Shown piece after piece: positions 12,945-25,395 of a DNA stretch of 64,000 bases (position 1 is the first letter of the stretch; the number at the start of each line of letters is the position of its first letter). Position numbers and translations under genes: made by a program. This DNA is from Lama glama. Its lineage: Eukaryota. The DNA is taken from assembly GCA_028534125.1 (NCBI GenBank), contig CM052817.1:105774001-105838000 (forward strand). The letters run 5' to 3'. The notes under the pieces are model-generated. The model saw only the letters and a list, made by a program, of their open reading frames with translations. It made no database searches and was not told where the DNA came from.

Positions 12945-13110
12945 AGTGATATTTATTAAGCCTTACACTTTATAGAAATTAATGCATTTAATTAGTACAG
13001 CGACCTGACAAAATAGTGTTATTCTATTTCACAGATGAGAAAAGGACTTGAGACTCTTTCCCGAAGTAATTATTTTAAGTGATAAAAACATTTATAACCA
13101 AAATCAGTGG
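12945..13110 (-). mobile_element. MIR SINE relic
   Basis: ctatttcacagatgagaaaa core with a preceding atttattaagcc flank. Confidence 0.55.
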
Positions 13111-13789
13111 TCCTTCTAGTTGAGCATGTTCTTTGTCAGATCATATTTTGATATATTTTGTGCATACTTAATCAATATTCCTTGAAAGCTTATTAATTTT
13201 CTATGGATTAACATGGAGGAGACTAAACATTTTTAAGTTTCCTTTCTTCTCTGGAAGACACATCTCTTTTTTGGGAAGATGTATAACACAGTTAGAGATC
13301 AGAAAACTTTTAATAAGTGTCAATTATTAAGATATATATGTAATATTGTACAATGTAAGGCAGTCATAGATATTAGTTTGTACCAGCATCACTTAGTAAG
13401 TAGTCTACGTGTGAAGAAGAATGGATAACATTTGGCACACACTAAGGAGAGGGGGTCTTACTGAATTCTTGCTAATCTGCTTGCAAGAAAGTGCACTGAG
13501 TTATGATCCAGGACCTTTGCCTTTAGTCTGACACAATTTCATAGCGCTTGTCATACATAGTCCTGAGGCATGAGGGGGCTAGTAAATGACACCCATGTTC
13601 CTTGCTTAAGTTCTTGACCAACTGAGAGACAGAGGCAGGCTAGACGTCTACATGGAAATTACAATATCAGTTTAATTACCAATAGATACATTAAAATATT
13701 GACCTCAGAATACTGAAACCCAGAATAGATACTTAGTTACATAACTGTTGACCATCAAGAGGGTTAGAGATTGTGATTATAAAATTTAA

Positions 13790-16104
13790 GGCAGGGAAGT
13801 GATGTCAGCAAAAATAACGAAGGATGAACATACAAAACTTTTCTTCTCCATAAAAACAAAAAGAATACTGCCCCTCCAAAAAAGATGCACATCTAGATAC
13901 ATCCTAATCAAACTGTAGAAAATCAAAGAGAAGGAAAATAGCAAAAGAGAAGTGATTCATCAGATACAAGAAGAAATAGAAAACTTAAATCGATGTAACA
14001 TACAAACATTAATTTAGTAATCAAAAATATTTCCACAAAGAAAAGTCCAGGACAGATGCTTTCATTGGCAAATCCTACCAAATGTTTGAAAAAAAAGAAT
14101 TAAAGCATCAATTTTTCACTGACTTTTCAGAAAGAGGTGAGAAAAGTTCTTAATCATTCCATAAGGCCACTGTTGCCCTGAAACCAAAATCAGACAAAAA
14201 TATTACAAGGAGCGAAACTATAAACCAAGATTCTGTCTGAATAGAGATACAAAACTCCTCATCAAAATACTAACAAACATAATTTAGCAACATATAAAAG
14301 AATCATACTTAGGGAAACAAGTGGGATTAACCCAGGTAATACAAGATGGGTTCACCCTATCTCAGGCTGCTATAACAAAACACCATGATCAAAGTGGCAT
14401 AAACAGAAATTTATGGCTCACAGTTCTGTAGGCTGGTAGCCCAAGATCAGGATGCCAGTATTACAGGGTTCTGGCGAGTGTCTTTTTTTTTTAAATTGAA
14501 GGCAGCTGTGTTCATCCTGGGTCTTCACATGCTAGAGGAAAAAGCTAGCTAGTTCTCTGGTCTTTTTCTAGGAAGACACTAATCCCATTCCTGAAGGCTC
14601 CATTCTCATGGTTTAATTACCTCCCAAAAGTCCTACCTCCACATATCATCACACTGGGATTAGAATTTTAACATATGAATTTGGATGGGACAAAAACATT
14701 CAGTCCATTGAATTATGAAAATCAGTCAATGTAATTCACAATATTAGTAAAATATAGAACCAAAAAAAAAGCATAATCACCTCAATAGACACAGGAAACA
14801 TGTAACCAGATATAATACCATTACATGATAAAACACTTGACAAACTGGGAATGAAAGGGAACTTCCTCAACCTGATTAAGGCAATATGTGAAAATCCCAC
14901 TGCCAGTATTATATTTTATGCTAAAAGACTGAGAGATTTCTCCATAAGAGCAGGAACAAAACAAAGATATCTATGCTTGTCATCACTTTTATTCAACTTT
15001 GTACTGGAGAATTTAGCCATGGCAATTAGGCAAGAAAAAATAAAACCCTTTCATATTGGAAAGTAATTAATAGAATGATCTTTTTTGAAGATATGATTTT
15101 GTACAGAAAGAATCCTTAGGCATGCACACATATATAAAGATTAGAGTGATAAACAGCTTTTAAGTAAGTGTTAGCAAAGTTGCAAGATACAAGATCAACA
15201 CACAAAAATCAATTGTGTTTCTAAACATTAGCAATGAACAATCTGAAAATGAAATTAAGATAACAATTCAATTTGCACTAGCATAAACAGTAAATTCTTA
15301 TGAATAAATTTAGCTAAAGATTTACATGATTTGTATGCTAAAACACAGTAGATTACTGAAGTAAACTGAAGACTTAAATAAATGGACAAACATTTCACTT
15401 TCACAGAATCAAAACCATAATAATGTCAAGATGTCAATAACCCCTTCAGTGGTCAACAGATTTACCTCAATCTCTATAAAATTTCAGCTATTTTTTATTT
15501 TTTTTTTTTACAAAATTTGAGAAACTAGTTTCAATATGTATGGAAATGGATCCAGAAGACTCAAAACAATTTTGAAGTTTGGAGACTCACACTTTCTGGT
15601 TTCAAAACAACCTCTAAAGCCAACACAATCAAGAACCTATGGAACTAAACTAAGAATAGACATATAGGTCAATGGGATACACTTCACAATCTAGAAATTA
15701 ACCCTCACATTTACAGCCAATTTTTTTTATAAAGGTGCTAGGACAATTCAAAATGGAAGGAAAAATCTTTCAACAGGTGGTGCTGGGAAAACTGATATCC
15801 ACATGCAAAGGAATGATCAGATGCTCATAAACTCACAACATATACAAAATTAACTCCAAATAGATCAGAGATCTAAATATAAGAACTAAAGCTATTAAAC
15901 ACTTAGAATAAATTACGGGAGTAAAACGTTGTGAATTTGGGCTCAGCAAAGCTTTTTAGATATGACAGCAAAAGCAAAACAAAGGACAAAAGAAAAAATA
16001 AATAAATTAAACTTCAACAGAAATAAAAGAAACTTTTGTACTTCAGAGGATCAAGAAGCTGAAGACTATCCACAGATTGGGAGAAATATGCTGTATGAAA
16101 TCTG
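13790..16104 (+). mobile_element. Old, fragmented LINE-1 (L1M-type; 5'UTR/ORF1 scraps and decayed ORF2)
   Basis: ORF 14851-15066 (GNFLNLIKAICENPTASII...GTKQRY...LLFNFVLENLAMAIRQEK) is L1 reverse transcriptase. Many stops and frameshifts. Confidence 0.9.
14355..14712 (-). mobile_element. ERVL-MaLR solo LTR (MLT1A-like) nested in L1 ORF2
   Basis: ggctgctataacaaaacacca...aaacagaaatttatggctcacagttct...aaacattcagtccat. L1 ORF2 resumes colinearly after it. Confidence 0.85.
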
Positions 16105-16958
16105 TTGTATCGAAAAGCAACAGATTTCTGTGTATTAATTTTGTATCCTGCAACTTTACCACATCCATTAATGAGTTCTAGTAGTTTTCTGGTAGCATCT
16201 TTAGGATTTTCTATGTATAGTATCATGTCATCTGAAAACAGTGACAGTTTTACTTCTTCCTTTCCAATTTGGATTCCTTTTATTTCTTTTTCTTCTCTAA
16301 TTGCTGCGGCTAGTACTTCCAAAACTATGTTGAATGAAAGTGGTGAGAGTGGACACCCTTGTCTTGTTCCTGATCTTGGAGTGAATGCTTTCAGCTTTCC
16401 ACCACTGAGTATGATCTTAGCTGTGGGTTTGTCACATATGGCCTTCATTATGTTGAGGTACACTTTCTTCTGGAGAGTTTTTTTTTTTAATCATAAATGG
16501 ATGTTGAATTTTGTCAAAAGCTTTTTCTCCATCTATGGAGATGATGATGTTTCTTAATCTTCAATTTGTTAATGTGGTGTATCACATTGATTGATTTACA
16601 GATTTTGAAAAGTCATTGCATTCCAGGGATAAATCCCATGATCCTTTTAATGTATTGTTCGATTTGGTTTCCTAATATTTTGTTGAGGATTTTTCCATCT
16701 ATGTTCACCAGTGATGTTGGCCTGTAATTTTCTCTTTTTCTGATATCTTTGTCTGGTTTTGGTGTCAGGGTGATGCTCACCTCATAGAATAAGTTTGGAA
16801 GTGTTCCTTCCTCGTGTTCCTTCCTTCTTCTCCTTGAGAAGGATAGGTGTTAACTCTTCTCTAAATGTTTGGTAGAATTTACCTGTGAAGCCATCTTGTC
16901 TTGGACTTTTGTTTTTGGGGAGTTTCTTAACCACTGATTCAATTTAATTACTGGTAAT
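16105..16958 (-). mobile_element. Younger LINE-1 ORF2 reverse transcriptase segment, inverted
   Basis: ORF 16014-16463 (-) contains [22 protein letters not shown]...[16 protein letters not shown], the L1 RT core (FADD motif here FSDD). Confidence 0.95.
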
Positions 16959-16959
16959 T

Positions 16960-17948
16960 AAAACAAACAAATGAACAAACAAACAACTCGATTAAAAAAT
17001 GGGCAGAAGAACTGAATAGACATTTTTCCAAAAAGGAAATGCAAGTGGCCAACAAGCACATGAAAAGATGCTCAGTATCACTAATCTTCAGGGAAATGCA
17101 AATCAAAACCACAATGACATATTACCTCACAATTGGCAGAATGTCTATCATCAAAAAGAACACAAATACAACACAAGTAACAAATGTTGGTGAGGATGTG
17201 GAGAAAAAGGAACCCTCATACACTGTTGGTGGGAATGCAGGTCGGTGCAGCCACTGTGGAAAATAGGATGGAAGTTTCTCAAAAAAAAAAAAAACCCAGA
17301 AAACTAAACTAAAATTAGAACTACTATATGACCCAGCAATTCCACTGCTAAGTGTACATATGAAAAAAAAAACTAATTCAAAAAGATACATGCACCCTAA
17401 AGTTTATAGCAACATTATTTACAATTGCCAAGATATGGAAGCATCCTAAGTATCTATCAACAGATGAATAAATAAAGAATATGTATTTTATAAATATACA
17501 CAATGGAATACTTCCCCGCCATAAAAAACAAAATGAAATTTTGTTGTCTGCAGCAACATGGATGGACTTGGAGGGCATTAATCTAAGTGAAGTATGTCAG
17601 ACAGAGAAAGACAAATATTGTATGAGATCACTTACATGTGGAGTCCAAATTATACAAGAAACTAGTGAATATAACAAAAAAGAAGCAGACTCACAGATAC
17701 AGAAAACAAACGAGTGGTTTTCAGTGGGGAGGGGGAAGTGGGCAGGGACAATACAGGGGGACGGAGTGAAGAGTTACCAACTAAATGTATAACAGAAGCT
17801 ACAAAGATTTATTGTACAACATAGGGAATTAGCCAATATTTTATAATAACTAGAAATGGAGTAAAACCTTTGAAATTGTATATCACTATATTGTACACCT
17901 GTAACACTTAATATTGTGCAACAATTATACTTAAACAAAAAATAAATA
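16960..17948 (+). mobile_element. LINE-1 3' end (ORF2 C-terminal region plus L1MA9/L1_Art-like 3'UTR)
   Basis: ORFs 17039-17266 ([23 protein letters not shown]) and 17481-17792 (AATWMDLEGINLSEV). A-rich tail. Confidence 0.95.
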
Positions 17949-19298
17949 CATATGATTTTGTAAGGATTGTTCTTGGTCACTTGTTCTTAAAGTGGAATAT
18001 ATTTCCCAGATAAAAACCAAAAGACAACAAAACACTCTAGATTAAATTTCATCCTTGCTAGTTAAAGAGGTAAATCACACAGGTACATCACACTCACATT
18101 CACGTACACAGTCTCACATACTCATACTCAAAAACACACGCTTAATAGTCAGATCCTTACACATAAACACAAGTGCCTGTGCCTCTCACTGCGTTTCTTG
18201 CATAGAATTAATCTGAAAAGCAAAAATGAAATATGACTTATGGAATTACTTACTATTAGAGATGTTTATTTTCAGAATATTGATATTCTTTTTTGTATGG
18301 AAAAGCTACAGCATGAATAAAATTTTGCAGATAGAATGAAGTTCAAAGATTTATTACAGATTTATTTTCAATATATGTATTGTGGTTTAAATGTTTGTGC
18401 AGCCTATTTAAACAGCAGGGAGTCATACAAAGAACAGTTCCTTTAAAAATAAAATAGAAGAAAAAGTACCTTGAGCAAGGGGCATAATGTGCTTAATGAT
18501 ATAATCTTTTAAAGAAGCAGACTGTACTGGTCAAATGTTACCACTAAAACATTTAAAGTTAATAAATATTGTATTAATTTTTCCAGGCACTTCATTCAAT
18601 CCCTTTCATAGAAATGTATTTGTTTATAAGAAGATCTTTATTTACAGCATACCTTTAAATATATATACATATACAATGTATAAAATACAATTAGAAAAAC
18701 CTAAAACCTGTTTGAAGAATAAACAAAAAGTTGATGAAATTGTCAGCTTCACAGTAGATCTACACCAGAAAATATTGATTAGGATGAAAAACCATTAATC
18801 CTGATTTAAAACAAGAAAAGACATGGCAAATATGACCTTCCTGGAGCCACTATCACTAAATACAAAAACTAAATACAATTCTAAAGGTACAAGGGAAAAA
18901 ATACTGGGTATAAAGAAATATAACATTGAAGTGCCCAAAGCTCAAAGAAAAATGAAAATGAGGCAAAAAGCAAAGTGGGAGGAAATTTGAGACCTTTAAA
19001 AAGCATTTTTAAGTCTAGTTTGATTTAAATGAATAAAACTCACTCTCCATTGAACATTTGCTAAGGGCCAGACAGTTTGTACAGGGCAAAAGAAAGGAGT
19101 TCTATCTTGCCATCAATTTAATTATGTATTCTAGTAGCTTGCTGCTGGGTTTCCAGGCAAGTATACTAATGACAATGACCCAAAAAAAAGAAAAAAATAG
19201 AGATGAGAGAATTAAGAGAGACAAAATCCTGGAGGGCATAAAGTTCACACCTGGAAGGTTCTAGAAGGCCTCCTGAAGGTAGATATTAAGGCAGAATC

Positions 19299-19875
19299 TG
19301 TGAAGGGTCTAGGAGTTTTACTGACTTTTCAGTTAACATGTGGGCCTGCCAGTGTTGCATACACATCCTGAGGGAAACTGAGAACCCTGTGTCAGAGACC
19401 AATTACCACTCCCAGCAAAAGCAGCGGCTGGAGCCATATCTTGTACTGGTTTTCTAACCCTGATCTCCATTCAAGGACCCAGTGAAGGACAGACAATATC
19501 TGCTCATACAAAGGAGGCGTGACAAAGAAAACTCAGAAATCGGGAAATGCAGATCTTACCCACGGCTGCCCGTGACCTACCCAGTGTCCCCGCAAGTGAG
19601 TAAAAGGCGCCTCCTTTTTACTCTGGAAAATAAATCTATCTTCTCTGGGAAGGAAAAGGAGACTCTACTTTTCTGGAACTGTTCCTGAAAAAAAAAAAAA
19701 AGAATAAATACGATAAAATTCTCTCTCTTTATTAAACTGGTCAGGAAACAAATGTCCTTTGACCTGGAAGGAGACATTATCTCCAGCTTCCAAGGAAGAT
19801 TTTCAGTACATATTTCTCAGAGAATGGGATCATGTAGAAACATGAAATAATCATGGAGTGTCTTCTCCAAATACA
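19299..19875 (-). mobile_element. ERV1-class LTR (MER34-like)
   Basis: tgtgaagggtctaggagttttact...gttaacatgtgggcctgcca...tgtgtcagagacc resembles antisense MER34. Ends ...ccaaataca. Confidence 0.6.
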
Positions 19876-19912
19876 GTAGTTTAGTCACTTTGAAGAAATT
19901 GCAAAACATCTT

Positions 19913-20036
19913 TTTTTGGTATATATATATATATATTTTTTTTTTTTAATTAAAGCATAATGTGTCAATTTCTGGTGTACAACACAATGCTTTATATTTA
20001 ATATCTTGTAGTAACTTATGGTGAAAAAGCATATGG
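19913..20036 (-). mobile_element. Miniature 5'-inverted LINE-1 3'UTR insertion
   Basis: T tail plus antisense L1 terminus (tgtgtcaatttctggtgtacaacacaatgctt), joined to a sense piece of upstream 3'UTR (atatcttgtagtaacttatggtgaaaaag). TSD aaaacatctt/aaagcatctt. Confidence 0.75.
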
Positions 20037-22724
20037 AAAGCATCTTAAATGAAAGTGACCCTTTGAATCAAAATATCCTATGTTACAAGACAGAAATTTG
20101 TCAATTTGACAATTGACAAATTGTCAAAATTTGTCAATTCATATTATATTGATCGGCTCAATTGGGGCTGCTAGTAGAAGGGAAAGAAAGGTAGATGGGA
20201 CACAGAGACGTAGGAAAAGTAGGAGATTTATGCTTCAGCTGACAATTCCATCTTGGCCTGGTGGCTCAGCAGTGTCCTGTGGATTTAGATTTGAGAGCAT
20301 TGAATATGGGCTACTGATGGGTCATTGAGGTACACGTGTTGGAATGTCTACTAGATATTGTAAATTCCTTCTGCAGTTTGACAATATGGTAGGACTGAAG
20401 ACATACAATTAGAATCCTTCATTTAGGGCTTACAATTTGGTATCTGGTAAGTGACCACGAGGCTCTTGAAGAGTGTATATATTCACAGGTACATGTATTC
20501 ATCAAGGCCTGTTCGATGACATGACATTAAATTGGAGATCTGATTGACAGGAACAAGGCTGCTGCTTCTGAGTAATGGAGGACGTGTTCTCGATGAAATG
20601 CATGGGCACGGTGTGACAGCCCTGTTCTTCTGCCACGCAGCAAGCTTCCTGAGCACAAGGGATACTGCGCTGGGTGGTACAGCAAAGGCAGCAAGGATGA
20701 AGGATCACCGGGCTGCTTTGTGAAAAGGGAGACATATTCTAATCTGGAATATTTGTCTGTAGTACTAAGGGGATAAGGGGTAAGAGGAGTTGACCATAAT
20801 CAACTTGAATCCAAGCAGCCTTCTGGCACCATATCTGGAGCTCGGTGTTGGACTTTGCTCTTGGAAGCTTATGCAATCATCCAGCGGTGTTGACAGACAA
20901 CACAGCTTCAGGGAAGGAAGACTCTGTTATTAATCCCAGATAAAGCCTCCGTCCCTCCCATCAAAGCCACATCATATATTGACAGTCTCCTCCAAAGGGA
21001 GTGTCCTCTGGTGGGTGCTTATATGTAACACAAATATCTACACACTGTGCCTATTCCAAGAGACCCATCAGCAGACATGTTCTCAGACAAATTTGCCACC
21101 AATATTTCAGGTTTGTTGTTGCCAAATTCTGTTCAAAAGCTTATTCAATTTACACTTACTAATAGGCCATGTCTAATCGAGGATAGAGATCAGAATTAAT
21201 ATTTAGTGAGATCCTTCTTTAACACAGTCACCGTGTTAGAAGTTTTCTCACACTGCTGTAGTTTATCTTCATAAATACCCAACGGGTACTTGGATTTCCA
21301 TTTTATGGAAGAGAAAATTTAGGTTCAAGATAATCATATATCTTACTAAGGCTACAGAACCGTTATGAAAATGTATACATTAAGTAGCCACATGTTTTGC
21401 ATATTAAGTCTACCTCAATAAAGTTGAAAAAAATGGTAGAACTAGAATTTAAATCAATTTCTGACTCCAAGTCCCATACTTCTAAAATCAATTGTCTTTG
21501 AATCAATTGAAATATGATTCATTGAACATTTTATTGTGTACATATGGACACGTGCTTGTGTTCTTGTCTGCACAGGGCTTGCCTTATATGCATTAGTGAC
21601 ATGTAATTTTTCTGTAAAGTTTATCCTCTTATCATTTTTTGGTTTAAATTTTCTCTTAGGAAATAAAAAATAAATAAATAAATTCTAATTCTTCAAGTAT
21701 TTCCGGATCCTCATTGGTTAGAAAATAGAAGCATAGATCTGATCAGTCATATGATAAGACACAAACTATTTAATATCCAGTCCCTTAGACTCTAAAAACT
21801 TTACCCTTAAGTTACGGTTTTCAAAATCGACTCATTTGTTTAGCTTCAGAGCACTTTAAACACTACTTGCTTTTCACTGCCTTCATCTCATCACTTAGTT
21901 AAGATTTACACTCTCATGGCTTTGCTATCATTTATTTATTTACCCCAAAACTAAATGTCAGCTTTCTTCACAAACTACAACAGCGAACAATGCATAGTGG
22001 CTTCCTCAGATAGTTTAGAGTCTAAAATAGAAGGGAGGTGAATGAACAAAGAATTACAATAAAGAATTAAAAGTGCAGAGGTGAGGTTAAATACAGGTGG
22101 CTAGGACAAAGAATTTAAATGAGAAAAAAAAAACTGAAGTGCCGCCAAACTGTACACGACTGACCTTTGTCATTATTTTCCAATTCACCATTGAATAGCC
22201 ATTGTTTTACTCATTGAACTGAAGGTATATACTAATATATGTGTATGTAATGGATAGGATATATTATACTGGTTAAGGAGCAGACAGCTATAAACTGCCT
22301 GAGTCTGTGCCCTCAATGAACTTGAACTTCTATACAGAAAGCGTTAGTGGTAACAAAATACTCTGCAGTTTTTTTAAGCTTTTAGTGTATCTACAACAAT
22401 CAGCCATGGAGAAAACCATACGAACTAACAGTGTGGAAGCTTTCATTCTTTTTGCAAAACACTGATTTTAGACCAGTCCAAAAATGAAACGAACATGTGC
22501 TCTTCCAATTTGAAATCATATTGAAATCCCCAGAGGAGAAATGGAAGACTCTTTCTTATTATCACTTATTTAACTCTCGGAACATTTTACTTTTTGGCTA
22601 TATAGTACTCCATGTCATTCCTGGGAGAAAATAAAGAATCACTGCTGCCTCTAGTCTCCTTCCTATTCCTATCTTTCTTACCTGAAAAACACTAAAGTAT
22701 CAAGTTAAACAAAACACCTTGGTT

Positions 22725-23010
22725 CAGCACACACATCCAATGCACACCCATCCAAACGTAGCACACCACCCACAACACACCACTCACATCACACCACGGA
22801 CACCACATCACCCACAGCACACCGTCCATACCACACTGTATACACCACACCACCCACACCGTACCCTCCACAGCACACCACCCACACCACACTACCCACA
22901 CCACACTGTCCACACCACACCATCCACACCACACCACCCCATCCACATCACACCATACATACCACATCATCCCATCCACAGTACACCATCCACAGCTTAT
23001 CCACCAAGCC
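22725..23010. repeat. Degenerate (CACCA/CACAC)n low-complexity tract
   Basis: About 290 bp of C/A-rich pentamer-like units. Explains ORFs 22692-23018 and 22719-23015. Confidence 0.9.
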
Positions 23011-23657
23011 CTTAACACTTCAGGTTTAAGTTGCCACTCTTCTCACCTTGAATTTTTTTTTCTTTGAAATCTAGCTAGTTTTAATTCACCATGTATTTTT
23101 TTTTAAAGACATGCTCTTTCATGACCCACACCTGACCCCATATCTCTAATTAACTAACTTTTTCAAATATAGTGATAAAACAGAGGCAGAGTATCTCAAG
23201 CTAAAATAATAAAACTTTACTAGTGATTCAGTAACCACCATATCTATAAATGTCACATGAAGGACCAAATCTGTCGCAGAAGAAGATACTATTCCCTCTA
23301 GCTTCCTCGTAATGACTCTTGTCACCCATCAAAGCAAATTTTTATAAAAAGTAAAGGAAGATTTTCTTTTGCCTATTTCAAGTTGTTTTTCTTTCTTTGC
23401 CATTTCATGTTTTGTAACACCAACTAAAGTACACGGGCAACCTGCTCCTTATTCTCTGCCGTTCATCACAGCTTTTAAGTTCCCTAGATTTTCTAAACCA
23501 TAATCAGTTTGATATCCTAATTTGGCTCTCCCTAAAAAAGCTTTCTGGCCTTAGCAAAGGAACTCATAATATTTTTGCAGTACCACTCTACAAAGAGAAC
23601 AAGAGGAAACAGAACCATTTGATATATTACATATATTATATGACACCTTAAGAGCTG

Positions 23658-23658
<1 letters not shown>

Positions 23659-23703
<45 letters not shown>
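23659..23703. repeat. (CA)n microsatellite within an L1 3'UTR remnant (about 23640-23870)
   Basis: Perfect CA run followed by gaggtgatggctatgttaatt...ttgtacaccttaaat, an L1MA-type 3'UTR. Confidence 0.9.
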
Positions 23704-23704
<1 letters not shown>

Positions 23705-25004
23705 AGTGGTAGAGGTGATGGCTATGTTAATTTGCTTGATTGTGGTGAACTTGTCGCATCATATACGTATATCAAAACATGAACTTGTACACCTTAAATA
23801 TATATGGTTTTCATTTATTAAGGATAACTGTCAAAAATGAGATTAAAAAAGAAAATTAAAAAAAAATGTGTTAAACTCTTTAAGAATACAGATAAAAAAG
23901 ATTCCAAAGTTTTATATAATTGAATTTATCACAGTTCTGTTGGAATAGCAGTCATTCTGATTTTTATTAGGCTTTATAAAGATCATAACTCCTCAGTGTT
24001 CAGCTGTTAATACCCCTTATAGCCATTGCTCTTTTCTATACAATTTTCCTTCAGCAGAGACTAAACTTCCCCTGTATTTTGCTCCTTTCCCTTCAAGATA
24101 ATGCATTTGTCATATTTATGATGTAAATTAAATCACCTCCTCATAGAAACTTATTTTACTGCAGTTTGATTTGGTCAAGTAACTAATATTTATGGGTCAC
24201 ATATTAGGTGATGGGCAAATGCTACATCTTGAGGGTACAGATACAAATAAAACCTTAAAGAAACAAAGAAACAGTCACCATAATTTCATATGCTAATTTC
24301 AGTGACAGGCTTAAAACGGGATAGGGACAGAGAAAAGACAAGGGATCCTTTGATCATTCTTTCACTAGTGAATGATATTTTAGCAACTTGTTAACGTCTA
24401 GTTTGCATATGCCAAAAAACTGTAACTTATTCACATTTTTATGCCCAACTCTACATAGCTGTGGGTCAACAAATGTTTTTAATAAGGAAGGAAATAAAAT
24501 ATCACTGGAATTACTGAAGGATGTCAGGATGACTTATAAAGGACATTTTCCTAGAGAAGACTTTTCTACAGAATAGAGTTTTAAGCTAAGTGATTTCTCT
24601 GGTTCCCTATAATCCTGAGACTCTATGCTTCAATTTTCAGAATTACCTTTCCAAAGTTAATTTATTTTACTTACGCTGAAAATTGTCTAACAACTTTGTT
24701 TAGATCGATGGAGCCGGTCCCATCTTCAGCACAGCTGGTCAATGTCTTGGGATTATCAAAAGTACAGAAAAGTCGTTAGAGACTTTGCACTTTTGAGGTT
24801 TGTCACTTGTATTTTTGGCCCTGGAAGACCAAAGGGAGGTTGTTCACAGTTACTTCCTCTCACTGAAATGTTCTCCCCTCAAACCCTGCCTGTCAGAAGT
24901 CCATCTACCCACAAGACGCAGCTAAGAGTTATGTCTTCCATAAAAAAGATACAGATATTTCAGTCATGTTTTAACTCAGCTTTCTGCGTTATTAGTGCAA
25001 AATT

Positions 25005-25395
25005 TTTAAAATAGACTATTCTTTTAGAGCAGTTTCAGGTTCTCAACAGAACTGAGCAGAAAATACAGAGAGTTCACACATAGCCCTCCCCACCCACAGA
25101 TATAAACTCCCCTACCCTCATCAGTGTGGCATATTTGGTACAATTGATGAACCAACATGGACACATTAGTATCAACCAAAGTCCATAGTTTACGTTAGCA
25201 TTCATTCTTGATGTTGTACTTTCCATGGGTTTTGACAAATGCATAATGACATGTACCCACATGCAGAATAATTTCATTGCCCTAAAAATCCCTTGTGCTC
25301 TATCTATTCATTCCTCCCTCCCTCCCTCTCCCCAGACACCTGGAAACCATGATCTTTTGTTTCTTCCATGTCTTTCATGGCTTGATAGATAATTT
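25005..25395 (-). mobile_element. L1MC1/2-like 3' end
   Basis: ttttagagcagtttcaggttc...aaagtccatagtttac...gggttttgacaaatgcataatgacatgt. Homologous in reverse to about 46200-46478. Confidence 0.8.

Noticed and set aside
16014..16557. Reverse transcriptase ORF as a functional gene
   Set aside because: Short internal L1 ORF2 fragment with FSDD in place of FADD and disruptions nearby. The + strand ORF is the usual L1 antisense frame.
22692..23018. His/Pro/Thr-rich and Trp/Cys/Val-rich ORFs on opposite strands
   Set aside because: Products of a stop-poor CACCA low-complexity tract, with no gene context.
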